Of a stretch of 64,000 bases of DNA, positions 59,912 through 64,000 are shown piece by piece; positions within the stretch are counted from its first letter, which is position 1, and the number at the start of each line of letters is the position of its first letter. Origin of the DNA: Cyanophyceae cyanobacterium (lineage in GTDB: Bacteria > Cyanobacteriota > Cyanobacteriia > Cyanobacteriales > Laspinemataceae); the NCBI GenBank assembly GCA_038321985.1, contig JBBQFN010000010.1, positions 93,040 through 157,039 on the forward strand, written 5' to 3'. Under the pieces are notes generated by a model. The model did not search any database. It worked only from the letters and a program-made list of their open reading frames with translations, and was not told the origin of the DNA. A program made the position numbers and the translations under genes.

Positions 59912-60700
59912 GGCGTTGCACATATACGGTATGATTCAATTAGACAGGGGTACAGTCCTTCAATTGGGCAGGGGTACAGTCCGATGTTTCAGGTAGTAGA
60001 GAAGAAATCTGATAGAAATCCTTAACATTTCTACGGATTTTGAATAACATAAAGTTTTTCTGTGGAGGCGGGCTAAATAATGCCTTAATCGCGTATTTTC
60101 TCCTTCTACCCGAGTCAGGTATGCCTTGCTAACTATATGGTCAAGTTCATCAATGAATTGAGGATAAACTGCATAGCCATCCGTCACATAAAAAAACATT
60201 CCCAGCCTCGAATGATTTTCCATAACGGTTTAAATATTTCAGAGGATCTATCCACGACCACAAAAGCTAAAATACCTGGAAGCCCTTTATTTACAGCGGT
60301 CCAGACCCACATTTTATGTTTTTTTTTACCCCCATAAGTCTGTAACTCATCAACTTGAGAGACTTCAGGAATCTGTGGATAATCTGGGTGGGTTGGTAAA
60401 TTATTGGCCGCAGCTTTTACCCAATTAATAACTGTGTTGTGACAGACTCCAGTTAGTCTTTCTATCCGTCTAAATCCATTCCCTTCAAGATAGAGATGTA
60501 AACAGTGTCGTTTGACTTCTTCGGGATAACCTATTGGAGAATAGACGTCGATAAATTGACGCCCACAATCCTTGCACATATGGTTCTGTTTTCCTCTCTT
60601 CAAGCCATTTTTACTGATATTAGTGGACTGACACTTAGGACAAATCATATTCTCTAGGGGTAGAGGCTACCCCCTTACCATACCATAGGTGTGCAAGGCC
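59912..60700 (-). mobile_element. IS1-family insertion sequence, 789 bp
   Basis: Terminal IRs GGCGTTGCACATATACGGTATG (59912-59933) and GGCCTTGCACACCTATGGTATG (rc of 60679-60700), 18/22; InsA Zn ribbon plus HTH and InsB DDE motifs; no flanking target duplication. Confidence 0.9.
59960..60648 (-). CDS. IS1 transposase InsAB split into two frames (60648-60184 and 60223-59960) at a T7 run
   Basis: CPKC...CKDC, GFRRIERLTGVCHNTVINWV, VDELQTY; second frame TDGYAVY, VEGENTRLRHYLARL.RKT.CYSKS. Confidence 0.8.
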
Positions 60701-60784
60701 CACCAATTCACCGGCGAGGTAGAAGTCCGGGAAGGCGAGGTCCGGGGGGTGCAGCGAGATAAGCTCATAGTCCAGGGAATTTAC

Positions 60785-61240
60785 ATTATCACCGACCACG
60801 ACTACCCGATCAATTTTCCAGGACTCACCACCCCTCCCCAGTGGGTGCCGGAACCTGGCGTGCAAAGGCTTGAGCCACATTTGAACCAACCCAAATTTGA
60901 GAAACTGAATCAATATTATACGGGGGAGGATTTTCCTCCGGAGCACAGTCGATCGCCACTGCTTTTTCTAGCAGCAACCAAAATCGAGCCCTCGGGTCAT
61001 CTAAATCCAAATTATCCCGAGTTCGAGGAACAGAAAATCCCAGCGTCAGCCCCGTTTCCGGGATGAGGGCCTCGACAAATTCAGCATTGCGTTTTTGGAC
61101 CTCCTCTCATAATTGGGCGCGAAACTCATAGAAATCGCTACCGGGTTCAGCTTCATCTTCTAAAACTAGCTGTCCGTCAGAATCCGGAGTGGCAACGGGT
61201 GCTGAGTTAAGCTGTTTGCGACGCAGAAGCGGAACTGAAT
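60785..61240 (-). pseudogene. Degraded gene remnant (hypothetical protein, possibly followed by an SH3-like start)
   Basis: Frame reads ...LEDEAEPGSDFYEFRAQL*EEVQKRNAEFVEAL...FWLLLEKAVAIDC...; internal TGA at 61107-61109, frameshift in a G run near 60830-60840, then VVVVGDNVN; no start codon; boundaries approximate. Confidence 0.55.
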
Positions 61241-61469
61241 AATTAAAAAATGTTATATCTGACACTATTTAAATTTACAATTAGTTGCTTAGGTACCATC
61301 TCAGCAGCAATCGCTCTAATTGCAATCTGTCAATCGGATTAATCTAATTAAACTTATTATATGTCGGCAGTAATAGTTACTAGATCGCACCCTGTAAAAC
61401 AGGAATAGAGATTTCACAATTTGATAAAATAGCTCTTGCGGTAGATGGCTGAAATATTAATTATTAGAT

Positions 61470-61506
61470 ACTTTTAAAATAGTCAACTTTTAAAATAGTC
61501 AACTTT
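61470..61506 (+). repeat. 16-bp tandem duplication just upstream of the methyltransferase
   Basis: ACTTTTAAAATAGTCA twice plus ACTTT. Confidence 0.85.
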
Positions 61507-61518
61507 GGTCCAGAATTT

Positions 61519-62238
61519 ATGCTTACTGTATCTCATCCCCTAAAACAGGTATTCCACTGCCCGGAAGAATCGGATTTTTACGCGCACTGCTTGGAAAGTT
61601 TAGTGTTAAATGCCAGCGATAATTCTCGACTTATCGTAGAGTTTGGTTCCGGAGAGGGAAGTCCAGTTATTAAGTCTTTGCTGAGAACGGATTTTGACGG
61701 GACAATACAGGGATTTGAGCTAAATAAAGTAGCGGGGAAAATTGCTCAATCTCAAATTAACGAATATGAACTGAGCGAACGATACACCGTCAACAATTGC
61801 TCTTTTTTTGATTCGCCTTTATACGAGTCGGCGGATTGTGTCATCTCAAATCCGCCTTACTTGCCGGCGGTGGATGATAAGATTTACCAGCCGCTGTTGC
61901 ACGGTGGGAGTGATGGTTGTACAATTGCTAAAAAACTTTTATCTCTCGGCTGCGACGAAGTTTTGCTGATGGTTTCTAGCTATTCTAATCCTGTGGGTTT
62001 GCTCGATTATGCTTTGGATCGAGGCTACTCAGTTGCGAATTTTGAGATTGCACCTTTAAATTTTGGCTATTATAGCTCGGAACCCAAGGTGAAAAGCGCG
62101 ATCGCCACTCTGCGAAAGCAGGGAATGGCTTTTTATTCGGAAAATATCTATCTGTTGGCTGGAGTTTTGTTTAAGAAGCAGCAAAAAGCGCAAAGAGATT
62201 TGTCGAGTGAGCTAATTAAGTTAATGACAGCATTTTAA
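61519..62238 (+). CDS. Class I SAM-dependent methyltransferase (NPPY-type, HemK/N-methyltransferase-like)
   Basis: Motif I VEFGSGEG, GFELN, ISNPPYLP, LHGGSDG. Confidence 0.88.
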   Translation: MLTVSHPLKQVFHCPEESDFYAHCLESLVLNASDNSRLIVEFGSGEGSPVIKSLLRTDFDGTIQGFELNKVAGKIAQSQINEYELSERYTVNNCSFFDSPLYESADCVISNPPYLPAVDDKIYQPLLHGGSDGCTIAKKLLSLGCDEVLLMVSSYSNPVGLLDYALDRGYSVANFEIAPLNFGYYSSEPKVKSAIATLRKQGMAFYSENIYLLAGVLFKKQQKAQRDLSSELIKLMTAF

Positions 62239-62286
62239 GCTATATCCTAGGGTGCGTCAGTCTCTGACCCACCCTAGGATATAGCT
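62238..62286. terminator. 49-bp near-perfect palindrome filling the gap between convergent genes
   Basis: AGCTATATCCTAGGGTGCGTCAG-TCT-CTGACCCACCCTAGGATATAGCT, 22/23; core shared with the hairpin at 53224. Confidence 0.7.
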
Positions 62287-62287
62287 G

Positions 62288-63388
62288 TTAATTGTGTTCT
62301 GTGGCTTGGATCGATCGCACTACAGCAGCCGCAGCCCGATCGCCGATCAACTTCTCCTGATCGTACCCCAACACTAGCTCCCACGCCTCCTGCGGGTATC
62401 TATCAACTAGCGGGATCGCCACTTCATCCAACATCCAGCGACCGTGACGCTCATCTTCTTTGATGTGTAGTTCCCAATAACCCATCGCAGCCGGAGAGAG
62501 ACCCAGACGCTGGGCGGCGGCTAGATAATTGCGGTAAGCGACAGGCCCCGCCACCTCAAAATAAGTGAGTCCGCCGTTGTAACGCAGAAAATGGCGCTTG
62601 CGTTCGGTCAGCAGGAAGTTGTGATTAATGCCGCAGAGCACTTCCCAAGGCACTAAATCGAAGTACGCTTCCGGTTCCGTATTCATATCGAATTCAGCCA
62701 GCATTTGAGCAAAAAAGGTCGAGTGCTTGCGGGGAAGGCGACCGCCGCCGTATTCTTCAATCAGAACTCGGGTAAGGGTGCACTGAATTTCGTTGCCAGC
62801 GCCGCCGATGATGCGAGAAACGCGGCTGGCTTCCACTAAACCGTCGAAAGAGGCGATCGCCAGCAGGTGTCTGTATCCGGCTGCTGTCATCTGTTCCCGC
62901 AGGTAGCGATCCATTTCAGTGAGCTCTGGATCGACATCGGCGGCCGCGCGATCGCGCAGCGCTTGCGTGACATCCGACAATTTTTGCAGCGCTGCAACGT
63001 CGATTTGCGCGATTTCCCACTGCTGCCAAGGTTCCTCAATGCGATCACGCACAGAACGCAAATAGTGCGATCGTTCGTTGTTGTAGCGGCGTAAATCGTC
63101 GTACCAAAACAAGTTGAGGCGGTTGATGCGGTATAGCACGCGCTGCAAGAAGCGGTGAGCGGCCTCATCCCCCGGTTCCTGTTGGTAAGCAGATTGAATT
63201 GCATAGGCGATCGCGCTTTCAAAATCGCTGACAAGTAAAGGTTTTGTCGCCACCATCTTGTCTAAATCCGCGGCTTCTAGCAAATCAACAAATTGCCGCT
63301 CGGCTGCTTCATAATTTGGGAGTAAGGATTGTTTTTTGGAAAGACTAGGCGAGTGCGAAGAAGGAAGTATCTCTATCGTATTTGGCAT
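62288..63388 (-). CDS. Iron-containing redox enzyme (heme-oxygenase-like diiron oxidase, HDO) family protein
   Basis: Candidate metal-ligand motifs IEEYGGG..RKHSTFF, LTYFEVA, YWELHIKEDERHGRW. Confidence 0.85.
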   Translation of the reverse strand: MPNTIEILPSSHSPSLSKKQSLLPNYEAAERQFVDLLEAADLDKMVATKPLLVSDFESAIAYAIQSAYQQEPGDEAAHRFLQRVLYRINRLNLFWYDDLRRYNNERSHYLRSVRDRIEEPWQQWEIAQIDVAALQKLSDVTQALRDRAAADVDPELTEMDRYLREQMTAAGYRHLLAIASFDGLVEASRVSRIIGGAGNEIQCTLTRVLIEEYGGGRLPRKHSTFFAQMLAEFDMNTEPEAYFDLVPWEVLCGINHNFLLTERKRHFLRYNGGLTYFEVAGPVAYRNYLAAAQRLGLSPAAMGYWELHIKEDERHGRWMLDEVAIPLVDRYPQEAWELVLGYDQEKLIGDRAAAAVVRSIQATEHN

Positions 63389-63598
63389 GGAATCAAATTA
63401 TGTTAACTCTAATTATTGTGCTGCCTGCCCAAACAGCCAACCGTTGCAGATTGGTGAGGATTATGGCTACTTCATTTCACGATACCGAACCAGTCGGCGG
63501 CATACACCCTTCCATTGATAGAGATTTGATCGCTACCGTCTCATACCCTTTTCAACTTGTGAGTAAACGTAGCAACGTTTATGGAAAGTGGTATTAAC

Positions 63599-63703
63599 TT
63601 AAGCCCCAACCCCGATAATTTTCGGTTCGTTACTTCTATAACCGGCGCGGACCAAAGCTGCCAAAAGAGCACCCAAAGCTAATCCGACAACGACTGCGAC
63701 TAA
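63599..63703 (-). pseudogene. 3' fragment of a membrane-protein gene
   Basis: LVAVVVGLALGALLAALVRAGYRSNEPKIIGVGA*; no ATG upstream before an in-frame TGA at 63743-63745. Confidence 0.4.
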
Positions 63704-63705
63704 GA

Positions 63706-64000
63706 GTGGATCCGGCAGTAGCGGATCCAGTGCTGAGGCAACTCAAGGCCCTCGGTGCTGAGTTAACTGTAATTTTCAATACTTACCACCCCTGGGATCA
63801 TGTGGGGGGTAATCAGACATTGGTAGAGCATTTTCCTGGGGCAACCCTGTACGCAGCTGCACAGGACCGGGGGAGAATTCCAGGACAGCAGGTGTTTTTA
63901 GAGGAGGGCGATCGCGTTGAATTTGCCCAACGCACGGGGAATGTGTTCTTTATTCCTGGACATACCCGGGCCCACATTGCCTATTATTTTCCCCCTGCCA
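63706..64000 (+). pseudogene. gloB: 5'-truncated hydroxyacylglutathione hydrolase (glyoxalase II) with a degenerate metal motif; runs off the window
   Basis: VDPA..DPVL..L...IFNTYHPWDHVGGN...DRGRIP...PGHTRAHIAYYF; THHHxDH changed to TYHPWDH; N-terminal DNY segment absent and in-frame TAA at 63616. Confidence 0.75.

Larger units (their letters stand above)
1..64000. repeat. HIP1 octamer GCGATCGC, highly iterated across the window
   Basis: Many occurrences, e.g. near 186, 515, 1566, 3069, 7314, 25889 and 44531; not seen inside the intron or IS1. Confidence 0.95.

Noticed and set aside
60635..61066. ORFs 60689-61066 (+) and 60635-60946 (-) as real genes
   Set aside because: Both cross the IS end; the minus-strand frame with an internal stop is the more protein-like reading, so these are shadows or fragments.
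248..63597. Numerous 60-170-aa ORFs antisense or out of frame within long genes (putA, plsX, fabH, sdhA, ndhF3, NACHT and others)
   Set aside because: Shadow ORFs of well-supported genes, with no recognisable motifs.

Overview
Chromosomal window from a cyanobacterium, inferred from the dense HIP1 octamer GCGATCGC and the NDH-1/CupA and Pap-like genes; gene content and repeats suggest a filamentous Oscillatoriales-type strain. Most of it is housekeeping: folD (partial), putA, dacB, plsX-fabH-fabD-plsC, a ParA ATPase, sdhA, signalling genes and TPR proteins. The standout, missed by the ORF track, is a minus-strand tRNA-Arg(CCT) gene (exons 11792-11756 and 10837-10801). It is split directly after the anticodon by a 918-nt group I intron with a recognisable catalytic core. 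The intron carries an intact double-motif LAGLIDADG ORF in which both predicted catalytic Asp residues are replaced (R and Q), making it a candidate nuclease-dead maturase. Other items: a Tat-signal beta-carbonic anhydrase inserted between ndhF3 and ndhD3, with cupS inverted; a 4-gene V4R/globin-like (Pap-like) operon; a helically phased DnaA-box array far from dnaA/dnaN; a perfect NtcA-type palindrome; and a dispersed GTAG-led REP-like hairpin family. A decaying island downstream of tRNA-Met holds a broken integrase, an IS1 without target duplication, pseudogenes, and an intact methyltransferase plus heme-oxygenase-like diiron enzyme pair. All calls come from reading the sequence by eye; no database searches were run.
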